This document shows, one piece after another, positions 8,961 through 17,494 of a stretch of 38,078 nucleotides of DNA; positions within the stretch are counted from its first letter, which is position 1, and the number at the start of each line of letters is the position of its first letter. The stretch is from Smithellaceae bacterium. GTDB lineage: Bacteria; Desulfobacterota; Syntrophia; Syntrophales; Smithellaceae. The stretch covers positions 1 through 38,078 of the forward strand of contig JAWOJC010000067.1 in NCBI GenBank assembly GCA_046484315.1. Reading direction: 5' to 3'. The notes beneath the pieces were generated by a model. That model was not told the DNA's origin and did no database searches. It worked only from the letters and a program-made list of their open reading frames with translations. A program made the position numbers and the translations under genes.

Positions 8961-9746
8961 ATGAAAATATTATTTATCGGCGATATCATCGGCAAGCCCG
9001 GCCGGGTGGCCGTCAAAGAGCTGTTGCCGTCTCTGATTGCCTTGCAATCCATTGATCTGGTGATTGCCAACTGCGAGAATGCCGCCGCCGGTTTCGGCAT
9101 CACCCGCGACATTGTCGAAGAGCTGTTCGCGGCGCACATCGATATCCTGACGTCCGGCAATCATGTCTGGGATAAAAAAGACGTTGTGGAATACATCGAC
9201 GATTACGAAACCCTGTTACGGCCCGCCAATTATCCGTCTTGTGTTCCGGGGGCGGGGTCCGTCCTGTTTCCGACGCCCGCGGGCGATTATGTCGGCGTGC
9301 TCAATCTGGCCGGACGCATCTTCATGCAGCCGATCGACTGTCCGTTTGTTTGCGCCAAAAACGAAGTCGCCCGGCTCAAAGCCAGAACCAATGTGATCAT
9401 CGTCGATGTTCACGCGGAGGCGACCTCCGAGAAAAAAGCCCTGGGCTGGTATCTCGACGGCGACGTGTCCGCGGTGCTGGGCACGCACACGCATGTGCAG
9501 ACGGCGGACAACGAGGTCTTGCCGAAAGGCACGGCCTACATCAGCGATGTGGGCATGACCGGGCCTTTCGATTCGGTGATCGGCATCAAAAAAGAAGCGA
9601 TTATCGAACGATTTTTAACACAGATTCCCAATCGATTTGAGGTGGCGAAAAACGATGTCCGTCTGCAGGGCGTTGTGATGGACATCGATGCGCAGAGCGG
9701 CAGGGCGCAGGCCATCGAAAGAGTCAGCGTCAGGCTTGATCAATAA
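8961..9746 (+). CDS. ymdB: YmdB-type (TIGR00282) metallophosphoesterase
   Basis: 261 aa. MKILFIGDIIGKPGR...IANCENAAAGFGIT...TSGNHVWDKK...DVHAEATSEK...GTHTHVQTAD. rny-ymdB is a conserved gene pairing. Confidence 0.85.
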   Translation: MKILFIGDIIGKPGRVAVKELLPSLIALQSIDLVIANCENAAAGFGITRDIVEELFAAHIDILTSGNHVWDKKDVVEYIDDYETLLRPANYPSCVPGAGSVLFPTPAGDYVGVLNLAGRIFMQPIDCPFVCAKNEVARLKARTNVIIVDVHAEATSEKKALGWYLDGDVSAVLGTHTHVQTADNEVLPKGTAYISDVGMTGPFDSVIGIKKEAIIERFLTQIPNRFEVAKNDVRLQGVVMDIDAQSGRAQAIERVSVRLDQ

Positions 9747-9761
9747 ATGGAGGCCGTCAGC

Positions 9762-11051
9762 ATGAAAAGCGGTTTTGAAATCTTAAAGGAGCGGGGGTTC
9801 ATTGAACAGTTTACGGATGACTCCCTGATTACGGACCTTTTTTCCAAAGGCCCCGTCACCTGCTACATCGGATTTGATCCCACGGCCACCAGTCTGCATA
9901 TCGGCAGTCTCGTGCCGATCATGGCGCTGGCGCACATGCAGCAAAGCGGCAACCGGCCCCTCGCGCTTGTTGGCGGCGGCACCGGACTCATCGGCGACCC
10001 CAGCGGCAAAACCGAAATGCGCCAGGTGCTGACCCGCGAAAAGATCGATTACAACGCCCAATGCCTGGGCAGACAGCTTTCAAAGTACATCGATTTTGCC
10101 GATGGGAAAGCGCTGCTTCTCAACAACGCCGATTGGCTTACCCGAATTAATTATATTGAATTTCTGCGCGATATCGGCAGGCATTTCAGCGTCAACCGAA
10201 TGCTCGCGGCGGAAAGCTATAAAATTCGCCTGGAGAAGGGATTGAACTTCATTGAGTTCAACTACATGCTCCTGCAGGGCTATGACTTTCTGTATCTGTT
10301 CCAGAACCACGGCTGCGCCCTGCAGATGGGTGGCAACGACCAGTGGGGCAACATGCTGGCCGGCACCGAACTGATTCGCAAAGTCGAAGCCAAAGACGCG
10401 CATGCCCTGACCTTTCCGCTCATCACCACATCGCTGGGCCAGAAGATGGGTAAAACCGAAAAGGGCACCGTCTGGCTGGATGCCGAACTGACCTCGCCTT
10501 ATGAATATTACCAGTACTGGGTCAACTGCGATGACGCGGATGTGGAGCGGTTTTTAAAGCTCTTCACGTTTTTACCGCTCGAAGATATCGGCTCGGTCCG
10601 GTCACTTACAGACGCCCGGCTCAACATGGCCAAAGCCGTTTTGGCCTACGAGGCGACGAAAGTCACGCACGGCGAAGAGGCGGCCAGGGCCGCCTGGCGC
10701 GCCTCAATGGAGGCGTTCCATTCGCGGCCGGTGGATGCCGACCTGTTTGTGTCGAGCAGCATTCCGCGCTACGCCCCTGAGGCCGACACCTCGGGCATTC
10801 CCCGCTACGCCGTTTCCCGTCAGGATATTGATTCCGGATTGCTCATCACGTCCATTTGCGCCAAGTCGGGTCTTACACAGTCCATGTCGGAGGCCAAGCG
10901 CCTCATTGAACAGGGTGGCATCACCATCAACGAGCGTCAGGTGAAAACCATGGATGAAAAACTCTCCATCGATGATTTTGCCGGGAATTCCGAACTGCGC
11001 ATCCGCAAGGGGAAAAAGAAATATCTGATGGTGGAGATAGCCCCGGGCTGA
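9762..11051 (+). CDS. tyrS: Tyrosine--tRNA ligase
   Basis: The ORF spans 9747..11051. The ATG at 9762 is preceded by GGAGG (9749-9753). It has a HIGH-type motif (SLHIGSLV), a KMSKS-type motif (KMGKT), and a C-terminal S4-like domain. Confidence 0.95.
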   Translation: MKSGFEILKERGFIEQFTDDSLITDLFSKGPVTCYIGFDPTATSLHIGSLVPIMALAHMQQSGNRPLALVGGGTGLIGDPSGKTEMRQVLTREKIDYNAQCLGRQLSKYIDFADGKALLLNNADWLTRINYIEFLRDIGRHFSVNRMLAAESYKIRLEKGLNFIEFNYMLLQGYDFLYLFQNHGCALQMGGNDQWGNMLAGTELIRKVEAKDAHALTFPLITTSLGQKMGKTEKGTVWLDAELTSPYEYYQYWVNCDDADVERFLKLFTFLPLEDIGSVRSLTDARLNMAKAVLAYEATKVTHGEEAARAAWRASMEAFHSRPVDADLFVSSSIPRYAPEADTSGIPRYAVSRQDIDSGLLITSICAKSGLTQSMSEAKRLIEQGGITINERQVKTMDEKLSIDDFAGNSELRIRKGKKKYLMVEIAPG

Positions 11052-11073
11052 AGATGGATCTTGCGAGGGTCAG

Positions 11074-12057
11074 GTGTCGGGGGCGAGGCGCAAAACTATG
11101 ATCCAGAAACGGAAATCAGCCGTCCGCGATAAAGCGCGCAAAATACGCCTGCCCTGGCTGTTGAATCTGGCGGGGTTTTTCTGGCAGCGAAAAATTCTCA
11201 AAAGAAAAATGCCTCTCCTGGCGAGCTTTAAGGTCACCTACCACTGTAACCTGACATGCCGGGCCTGCCCGTATCACTTGCGAGGGGCCAAAGAAAACAC
11301 GCGTATATCCTGGACCCGGGCCGTCAGTGCCCTGGATTTACTGGCCCGCTTGGGAACCCGCATCGTCGTTTTTGAAGGCGGCGAGCCTATGTTGTGGCGC
11401 GACGCATCCTACCGGCTGGACGATCTGATCGTGTATGCCCGCAGGCGCTTTTTGCGCGTTGCGGTGACAACCAACGGAACGCTGCCTCTGGATATCCCCG
11501 CCGATATTGTCTGGGTCAGCCTCGACGGTCTCAAAGACGCGCACGACGGCCTGCGCAGCAATTCTTTCGATCGCGTCGCCTCGCATCTCAGGGATACGAA
11601 TCATCCGCGCGTCTTCACCCACACGACGATTAATCGCCGCAACCGGACCGAACTGGAATCTATCGCCAAGTGGGTGAAAAACATGCCCGCTGTGAAGGGA
11701 ATGACCTTTCAGTTTTTTTATCCCTATAACCAGGGCGAGGATGATCTGGCCCTGACGAAGGAAGAAAGGCGCGCCGCCGTTGAACAACTTATCGAACTTA
11801 AAAAAAAGGGTTTTCCTGTGCTGAATTCCGCAGGCCGTCTGCGCGCGATGATCGAGAACACATGGCGTTGTCATGACGACATCCTGATCAACGTTGATCC
11901 GGACGGCACTGTCACGAGAGGGTGCTATGTGAAGAGCCGCGGCGAAATCCACTGCGATGCCTGCGGTTTCACGCCGGTTGCCGAAGCGTCCGGCGCGCTC
12001 GACTTGATTCCGGGATCGCTTTGGGCGGGTTGGAAATTGTTTTTGAAAAAAGCCTGA
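11074..12057 (+). CDS. Radical SAM protein of unknown function, with an HpnH-like N-terminus and a Cys-rich C-terminal tail
   Basis: It carries a CxxxCxxC cluster motif (YHCNLTCRACPY), a GGEP motif (VFEGGEPML) and a TTNG motif. The C-terminal cysteines are CHDD...GC...HCDAC. The start is uncertain: GTG at 11074, or ATG at 11098 which has GAGG 9 nt upstream. Confidence 0.85.
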   Translation: MSGARRKTMIQKRKSAVRDKARKIRLPWLLNLAGFFWQRKILKRKMPLLASFKVTYHCNLTCRACPYHLRGAKENTRISWTRAVSALDLLARLGTRIVVFEGGEPMLWRDASYRLDDLIVYARRRFLRVAVTTNGTLPLDIPADIVWVSLDGLKDAHDGLRSNSFDRVASHLRDTNHPRVFTHTTINRRNRTELESIAKWVKNMPAVKGMTFQFFYPYNQGEDDLALTKEERRAAVEQLIELKKKGFPVLNSAGRLRAMIENTWRCHDDILINVDPDGTVTRGCYVKSRGEIHCDACGFTPVAEASGALDLIPGSLWAGWKLFLKKA

Positions 12058-12094
12058 GGGTAAAGGGTGTGAGGCATGAAGGAGCTGATTGCAT

Positions 12095-12418
12095 ATGAAA
12101 AGAGTCTATCTGGCACGCAACCCCGCGGATGCGCATTTGCTCAGGGGCATTTTAGAAAGTCATCACATCCAGGCCGTCGTTCATGGCGATTTTTTGTGGA
12201 GCGCGCGCGGCGAGGTGCCGCTGACGGTGGATACCAGCCCGTCGGTCTGGGTTCAACATGACATAGATTTCGAACGAGCTTCGGAGGTGGTGCGGCAGTT
12301 TCAGTCTCAGATCTCTGCCGACGCTTTTTCGGGAGCGGATTGGACCTGCGGCCACTGCGGCGAAACCAATGAAGGACAGTTTTCCGAATGCTGGCAGTGC
12401 GGCACCGGTCGGGATTAG
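12095..12418 (+). CDS. DUF2007-like (putative signal-transducing) domain fused to a C-terminal zinc ribbon
   Basis: The ORF spans 12089..12418. The ATG at 12095 has a GGAG 10 nt upstream. The N-terminus (VYLARNPADAHLLRGILESHHIQAVVHGD) is DUF2007-like. The C-terminus has CGHCGETNEGQFSECWQCG, a CxxC...CxxC pattern. Confidence 0.6.
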   Translation: MKRVYLARNPADAHLLRGILESHHIQAVVHGDFLWSARGEVPLTVDTSPSVWVQHDIDFERASEVVRQFQSQISADAFSGADWTCGHCGETNEGQFSECWQCGTGRD

Positions 12419-12470
12419 TCCGGCTTGCGCCTTCTTTGCGGCACAAAAGACACATCAGAAAGGACAGGCA

Positions 12471-12890
12471 ATGAATAAAAAGGAAATCGTCATCCTGGTG
12501 GCGGGCGTGCTGGCCATTCTGGCCGTCAGTTCGCATTTCAACGAACAGTCCAAAAAAAAAGCGGATTGGTACAAAGCCATCGTACAGGTCTCCGAGTCCA
12601 TAAACAGCCGCTGTCCGGCGATGCTCAGTGATGACATCCGGCTCGATGCGGTCGAGGCCGGAACGGACAGGCGTTTGACCTACCACTGCACCCTGATGCA
12701 TGTCCGCGCCCATGAGATTGATGTTTCATCATTTAAGGACCGCTTAAGACCGGGCATCGTAGGGCATGCCGGAAGCAACCCGGAGATGCAGGTTGTTCGC
12801 GATCATCAGGTGGAGCTGTTGTACGTCTACAAAGATAAAGACGGCACGGAGGCCTTCCGCATCTTCGTTTCTCCCAAGGACTATCTTTAA
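12471..12890 (+). CDS. Hypothetical membrane-anchored or secreted protein (139 aa)
   Basis: The internal ATG at 12471 of ORF 12369..12890 gives MNKKEIVILVAGVLAILAVSS, a single N-terminal hydrophobic helix. I do not recognise the family. Confidence 0.5.
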   Translation: MNKKEIVILVAGVLAILAVSSHFNEQSKKKADWYKAIVQVSESINSRCPAMLSDDIRLDAVEAGTDRRLTYHCTLMHVRAHEIDVSSFKDRLRPGIVGHAGSNPEMQVVRDHQVELLYVYKDKDGTEAFRIFVSPKDYL

Positions 12891-12937
12891 ACCGTTTCAC
12901 GTTTAAAGTTTCATGTCTCCTCAGTGTTGCCGCGATT

Positions 12938-14293
12938 TTATTCCTTGGGGATTCCGAATTTTTCCATCAGGTCGTAGAGCGTCGGACGGCTGATGCCGAG
13001 TTCCGCGGAGGCTTTGGTGAGATTGCCCTCATTGCGGGCGATGGATTTGACGACCATTTCCTTTTCCAGAAGGTCGCGTGCCTCCCGGAGGCCGAGCCGT
13101 TCGCGTGGCACGCCGTCTGCGCTGATTTCCAAATCCGCCGGTGTGATTTTTTTCTCATCGGTCATGATGACGGCCCTTTTGATGCGGTTTTCCAGCTCAC
13201 GAACATTGCCGGGCCAGTTGTACTGTTCAATGGCGTCGAGCGCCTGCTGCGTGAAACCTTTGATCTTCTTTTTGTTGGCCTGTACGTAGCGTTCGAGAAA
13301 GACCCTGGCTAGAAGCAGAACGTCCTCGTTTCTATCCCGCAGCGGCGGCAGCGCCACGGAGATGACACCCAGCCGGAAATATAAGTCTTCCCGGAATCCA
13401 CCGGTTTTCATGGCTTCTTTCAAGTCGCGGTTGGTCGCGGCGATGACGCGCGCGTCCACAGAAAAAGGCTCGCGGCCGCCGACACGCTCCACGACACCGT
13501 CCTGGAGAAACCGCAGCAGCTTGACTTGGAGCGAAAGCGGCAGCTCACCGATTTCGTCGAGAAACAGGGTGCCGCCGTGTGCCATTTCGAACTTTCCTTT
13601 GCGTTGAATGTGCGCGCCGGTGAAGGCGCCTTTCTCATGACCGAACAGTTCGCTTTCTATTAGATTTTCGGGAATCGCCCCGCAGTTGATCGGGATGAAT
13701 CTGTTGGATTGGCGAAGACTGAGCCGGTGCAGAGCGTGGGCGACCAGCTCCTTGCCCGTGCCGCTTTCGCCGGTGATCAGTACCGGTTCATCGGTGGTAG
13801 CCATTTTGCGGATGTCGGAAAAGACGTCCTGCATTTTCCGGCTGATGCCGATCATTTCTTCGAAATGGTCGGCGCCCAGTTTCCGGCGCAGAGATTTTTG
13901 CTCCTGTTCCAGTTCGGAGACATGGAAAGCACGTCGCAGGACGACTTTGAGTTCATCGGTTTGGATGGGTTTGTAGAAATAATCATACGCGCCTTTTTCA
14001 ATTGCGCGCAACGCGTATTCCTTTTCTCCCCGGCCGGTGATGATGATGACTTTCGTATCGGGGTAGTCCGTCAGAATTTCATCGAGAACGGCAAAGCCTT
14101 CTTCCGCGCCTGCGGGTTCCGGCGGCAGTCCCAGATCCAGAGTGACCACGGCGGGCTGTTCCTTGTGCATTGTCGCAACGGCGCTCGGGCGGTCCTCGGC
14201 CAGAAGAATTTCGTAATCACCGATCAGCGCCCATTTCATCTGGGTGCGCAGATCCTCGTCGTCGTCTACCAGTAAAAGTTTTTGTTTTTTCAA
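12938..14293 (-). CDS. prsR: Sigma-54-dependent response regulator, PEP-CTERM-box type (PrsR-like): REC + AAA+ + Fis-type HTH
   Basis: 451 aa with a TTG start. It has REC (LLLVDDDEDL...TLDLGLPP), GAFTGA, ESELFGHEKGAFTGA, and a C-terminal HTH (LTKASAELGISRPTLYDLMEKFGI). The start lies 1 nt after the prsK stop. Confidence 0.85.
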   Translation of the reverse strand: MKKQKLLLVDDDEDLRTQMKWALIGDYEILLAEDRPSAVATMHKEQPAVVTLDLGLPPEPAGAEEGFAVLDEILTDYPDTKVIIITGRGEKEYALRAIEKGAYDYFYKPIQTDELKVVLRRAFHVSELEQEQKSLRRKLGADHFEEMIGISRKMQDVFSDIRKMATTDEPVLITGESGTGKELVAHALHRLSLRQSNRFIPINCGAIPENLIESELFGHEKGAFTGAHIQRKGKFEMAHGGTLFLDEIGELPLSLQVKLLRFLQDGVVERVGGREPFSVDARVIAATNRDLKEAMKTGGFREDLYFRLGVISVALPPLRDRNEDVLLLARVFLERYVQANKKKIKGFTQQALDAIEQYNWPGNVRELENRIKRAVIMTDEKKITPADLEISADGVPRERLGLREARDLLEKEMVVKSIARNEGNLTKASAELGISRPTLYDLMEKFGIPKE

Positions 14294-14294
14294 T

Positions 14295-16418
14295 TCAGTC
14301 CTCTTTCGATTTTAAGCTGACCGGCAGAAGCACCCTGAAGGTGGTGCCTTGGCCCTGCTCGCTTTCAACCTGAAGCTTTCCGCCGTGCGCATCCACAATT
14401 GTTTTGCAGTGATACAGGCCGATGCCCATACCCTTTTTCTTGGTGGTCTGAAAGGGGCGAAACAGGCTCTTTTCAATATATTCTTTCGACATGCCGCAAC
14501 CGTCATCGGCAACGGCAATAGAGATCCAGTTATCCGCAAGGCCGGTGGAAACAGTGATCCGGCCGCCGGGGCCGGCCGCATCATACGCATTCATCAGGAG
14601 ATTTTCAAAGACTTTGTACAACTGATCCGAGTCCACGGACATTTTGGGAAGTGCTGCGTCGGGCTCTTGCGCGATGGGGGTCTGTCCGGGCCGGTGCGCG
14701 TCGGCCACGGCGCCGGAAAGCAGCTCGTTGATGTCCGTCTCTTTGTAGACCAGATCGATTTTCCGGTTCAGCAGCGACAGGCGGCTGCTCATGGTGTTGA
14801 TCTTGTCCACGCTTTGCGAGATCGTTTTCAGCGCGTCGGCGCGAAACTCGGGATTGTCCATGTGCAGCGGCAGGTTTTGCGTGACCAGTGAAAGTTTGGA
14901 GGCCAGGTTTTTGAGGTCATGCATGAAAAACGCGGACATGGTCTGGAAAGCCTCGAGTTCCTTGGTCTGGCGGAGTCGTTCGGAAAGTCGCAGATGCAGC
15001 AGGGTGGATGCGGCCTGATCGGAAATCGTTTTGATCAATTCCGTTTCCTCAAACGTCAAGGGCTCATAGAAAACTTTTTCGCTCAGCGTCATGATGCCGA
15101 TGAGCTGGCCTGCGGCGTTGAGGGGAACGCAATAGCGGATGCGCGATTCCTTGGTTTCGAGTTCATAGGTGTTGATCAAATCCTCGGCCCAGTCGTCCTC
15201 GCGCCCCTTTAAATCCACCGGCGTGTTCTGAGACGTCATGGCATGGATCAGATCCGTGCCGCCTTCTCGAAACAGATGCAGTTCTTCCACCTGTGCCGGC
15301 GTAAAGACGGTGGAACCGCCGAAGGTCAGTCTCTCTTGCTTTTCGTCGGTCAGCCAGATGCTGACGGAGAGAATTTCCAGGGTCTCGGAAACCATCTTGA
15401 CGATGATACGGCACAGCTCACTGATGCTGTCAACCGAGGTGGTCCGTTCCGTGAAGTTTTCCCAGATCTTCTGATAATCGTAGTAGGGGCGCTTCAGGTG
15501 GCGGCTGATGAAACGCTTGCGTTTCATGCGCAGGCGGTCGGAAAGCAGGACGACGGCCAGGCCGATGACGGTGACGAAGATCAGAAAGATGATCAGGTTG
15601 ATATTGCGAAGCCATTCGAAATGAACGGAGATCCAGGCGATGACGCCCAACGCGATGAAGTAGGTTCCGACGATGAGGATGGTGAAGGATGTGTAGAGAA
15701 ACTGGTGCGACAGATGTACGCTGATGTTCATCGGGCGGCCGCGGAAAAGCGCGCGCAGGAAAAAAACATCCGCGATCAGCAGCGCGCCGAGATTGACGGC
15801 AAACAGGTCCGTGTCCACGCCCTGAAAAAGAACCGCCTGACTCTGTGTGAACAGGCGGATGCCGAAAATGCCGGCCGCGGCGATGAAGATGAATTTGGTC
15901 TGCCAGCGGGCATGCCCCGTTGAATGACGGAAGGTTCTTTCCAGGTTCATCAGGATGACGACCGTGATCATCATCCAGGCCAGATGCCAAACGTAACCTG
16001 GCCAGCCGATGCGGATAAACAGGGTTGTTGTGTCCTGCGGCGATAAGACCAGCGTGATGAAGCTCGTGTAAAAGACGGTGGTCATCAGAAGGGGGATAAC
16101 CACGGCCAGGCCCAATATCCATTTCCAGCGGGCAATCTGCTCTGTGTAATTGGCGCGGGCGAAACTGACGCTGAACAGCAGCCAGACGCCGGGCGCCACA
16201 GACGAAACGATCAGGCGGATTTTCTGCCAGCGCAGAAAATCTTCGAGGGTTGCCGCGTAAAACACCATGCCCGTGAGCGCCGCCTCCGCGGCAAATACCA
16301 GCATGCCCGCCGCGAAGATCCCCTGCACCCCGGAGCGCCGGCCGCGGTAAACGGCAATGGCCGCAACCAGCAGGGTGACCACTGCTGTTCCAATAGCCAG
16401 AGCGCCATAGTAATTCAT
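14295..16418 (-). CDS. prsK: Multi-TM sensor histidine kinase, PEP-CTERM system type (PrsK-like): polytopic N-domain + GAF + HisKA + HATPase
   Basis: 707 aa with about 10 predicted TM helices, a GAF-like middle region, an H-box (FFMHDLKNL), and N/G boxes (NLLMNAYDA, DDGCGM, GMGIGLY). It sits between the exosortase and prsR with gaps of 1-3 nt. Confidence 0.8.
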   Translation of the reverse strand: MNYYGALAIGTAVVTLLVAAIAVYRGRRSGVQGIFAAGMLVFAAEAALTGMVFYAATLEDFLRWQKIRLIVSSVAPGVWLLFSVSFARANYTEQIARWKWILGLAVVIPLLMTTVFYTSFITLVLSPQDTTTLFIRIGWPGYVWHLAWMMITVVILMNLERTFRHSTGHARWQTKFIFIAAAGIFGIRLFTQSQAVLFQGVDTDLFAVNLGALLIADVFFLRALFRGRPMNISVHLSHQFLYTSFTILIVGTYFIALGVIAWISVHFEWLRNINLIIFLIFVTVIGLAVVLLSDRLRMKRKRFISRHLKRPYYDYQKIWENFTERTTSVDSISELCRIIVKMVSETLEILSVSIWLTDEKQERLTFGGSTVFTPAQVEELHLFREGGTDLIHAMTSQNTPVDLKGREDDWAEDLINTYELETKESRIRYCVPLNAAGQLIGIMTLSEKVFYEPLTFEETELIKTISDQAASTLLHLRLSERLRQTKELEAFQTMSAFFMHDLKNLASKLSLVTQNLPLHMDNPEFRADALKTISQSVDKINTMSSRLSLLNRKIDLVYKETDINELLSGAVADAHRPGQTPIAQEPDAALPKMSVDSDQLYKVFENLLMNAYDAAGPGGRITVSTGLADNWISIAVADDGCGMSKEYIEKSLFRPFQTTKKKGMGIGLYHCKTIVDAHGGKLQVESEQGQGTTFRVLLPVSLKSKED

Positions 16419-16421
16419 AAA

Positions 16422-17345
16422 TTACCCGTTGCCTTCGGACGGTTCGTCAGGGGCTTTACGCACAGGGTTTTCCCGGCGCCTTAAAAAGAAAAGGATCGGC
16501 GCCATCAGCAAAAGCGCCAAAATGAAAAAGGGGATGCCGCCTTCCCGGTGCAGAGAGCTCTCCAGGATGCGGACATCCACGTAGTTGCCCAGAAGCGACA
16601 GGGTGAGAATCCGGATGCCGTTTTTGAACATGGCGATGACGATCGCGCAGACGGCCAGAATAACAATCTTCCATGGGGAGCGCAAAAAAAGGTAGCCGGC
16701 CAGGATTGCCGTGATGAAAAGCGCCAGTCCGGAGCGGATGCCGCTGCACTGTTTGGCGACCTCCACGCTGACCTGGGGCAGATGAAAGACAAAGCCGTCT
16801 CTCATAAACGGCACGCCGGAGATCCAAAATAAAAGGTTGGTGAATTCCGTCGAGCCTGCCTGCAGCAGGAAGATGATGCCGTCCATCATGGTGGTGGGGA
16901 CTGGCACGATAAAAATCAGAAAACAAAGGGGAAAGAGCGCGATGCGGTAGGCTTTTGTTCCGTAGAGCAGAACAAACGCTCCCTGGATGAAAATGACCAC
17001 CGATAGGGCGATCAGCGAGGCAAAATTGTTTCTGTCGAGCGATACCCCCCAGATTTGTCCGAAGGCGAAAAGCGCCAGGGCGGCCACGAGCACCGGGATT
17101 CCCCGGGTCAAATCATAGCGCTGCGCGCCGAAAATCTCTTTTCGTTTCAGAAACAGCAGATACAGTGTGATGAGCGGGATCAGGGCGATGTGCGTGTAGT
17201 ATTCGCTTTTGCCGGAGGAGCGCAGCGCCTGGATCGGCGTGTACGTCATGACGAAGGCGACAAGGGCGAACGCGCAAAACAACAGGTTGCGGCGGTTGAC
17301 ATAATCCCTGACGTTGATTTTCAACATGCTTTTATCGAATTTCAC
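16422..17345 (-). CDS. Exosortase-family transpeptidase
   Basis: 307 aa and polytopic. It has the exosortase signature Cys motif (VAKQCSGIRSG), a conserved Asn/Arg motif (FKNGIRI), and a late His (LHREGG). Confidence 0.85.
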   Translation of the reverse strand: MKFDKSMLKINVRDYVNRRNLLFCAFALVAFVMTYTPIQALRSSGKSEYYTHIALIPLITLYLLFLKRKEIFGAQRYDLTRGIPVLVAALALFAFGQIWGVSLDRNNFASLIALSVVIFIQGAFVLLYGTKAYRIALFPLCFLIFIVPVPTTMMDGIIFLLQAGSTEFTNLLFWISGVPFMRDGFVFHLPQVSVEVAKQCSGIRSGLALFITAILAGYLFLRSPWKIVILAVCAIVIAMFKNGIRILTLSLLGNYVDVRILESSLHREGGIPFFILALLLMAPILFFLRRRENPVRKAPDEPSEGNG

Positions 17346-17494
17346 CTGGTGGCCCCTTTTCTGATGTTTTGCGTGAGTGTGGCTTTCGTAGCATATTTTG
17401 AAATGCCTTACAATTATTTAGATAAAGCATTTTCTGATTGATTTTAAGCCATGATTGCTTTACCGTGCGCCAAAATTTTTATTGAGGGGACAAC

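Noticed and set aside
12076-12261. The 61-aa ORF (MKELIAYEKSL...) overlapping the DUF2007 gene.
   Set aside because: It is out of frame with the recognisable DUF2007 sequence, has no adequately spaced RBS, and is Arg/Gly-rich.
17456-17472. A sigma-54-like -24/-12 element (TGGCGC-ACGGT-AAAGCA on the minus strand) upstream of the exosortase operon.
   Set aside because: The GG-to-GC spacing is 11 nt instead of the strict 10 nt, and the -12 region is AAGC rather than TTGC. It is probably a chance match.
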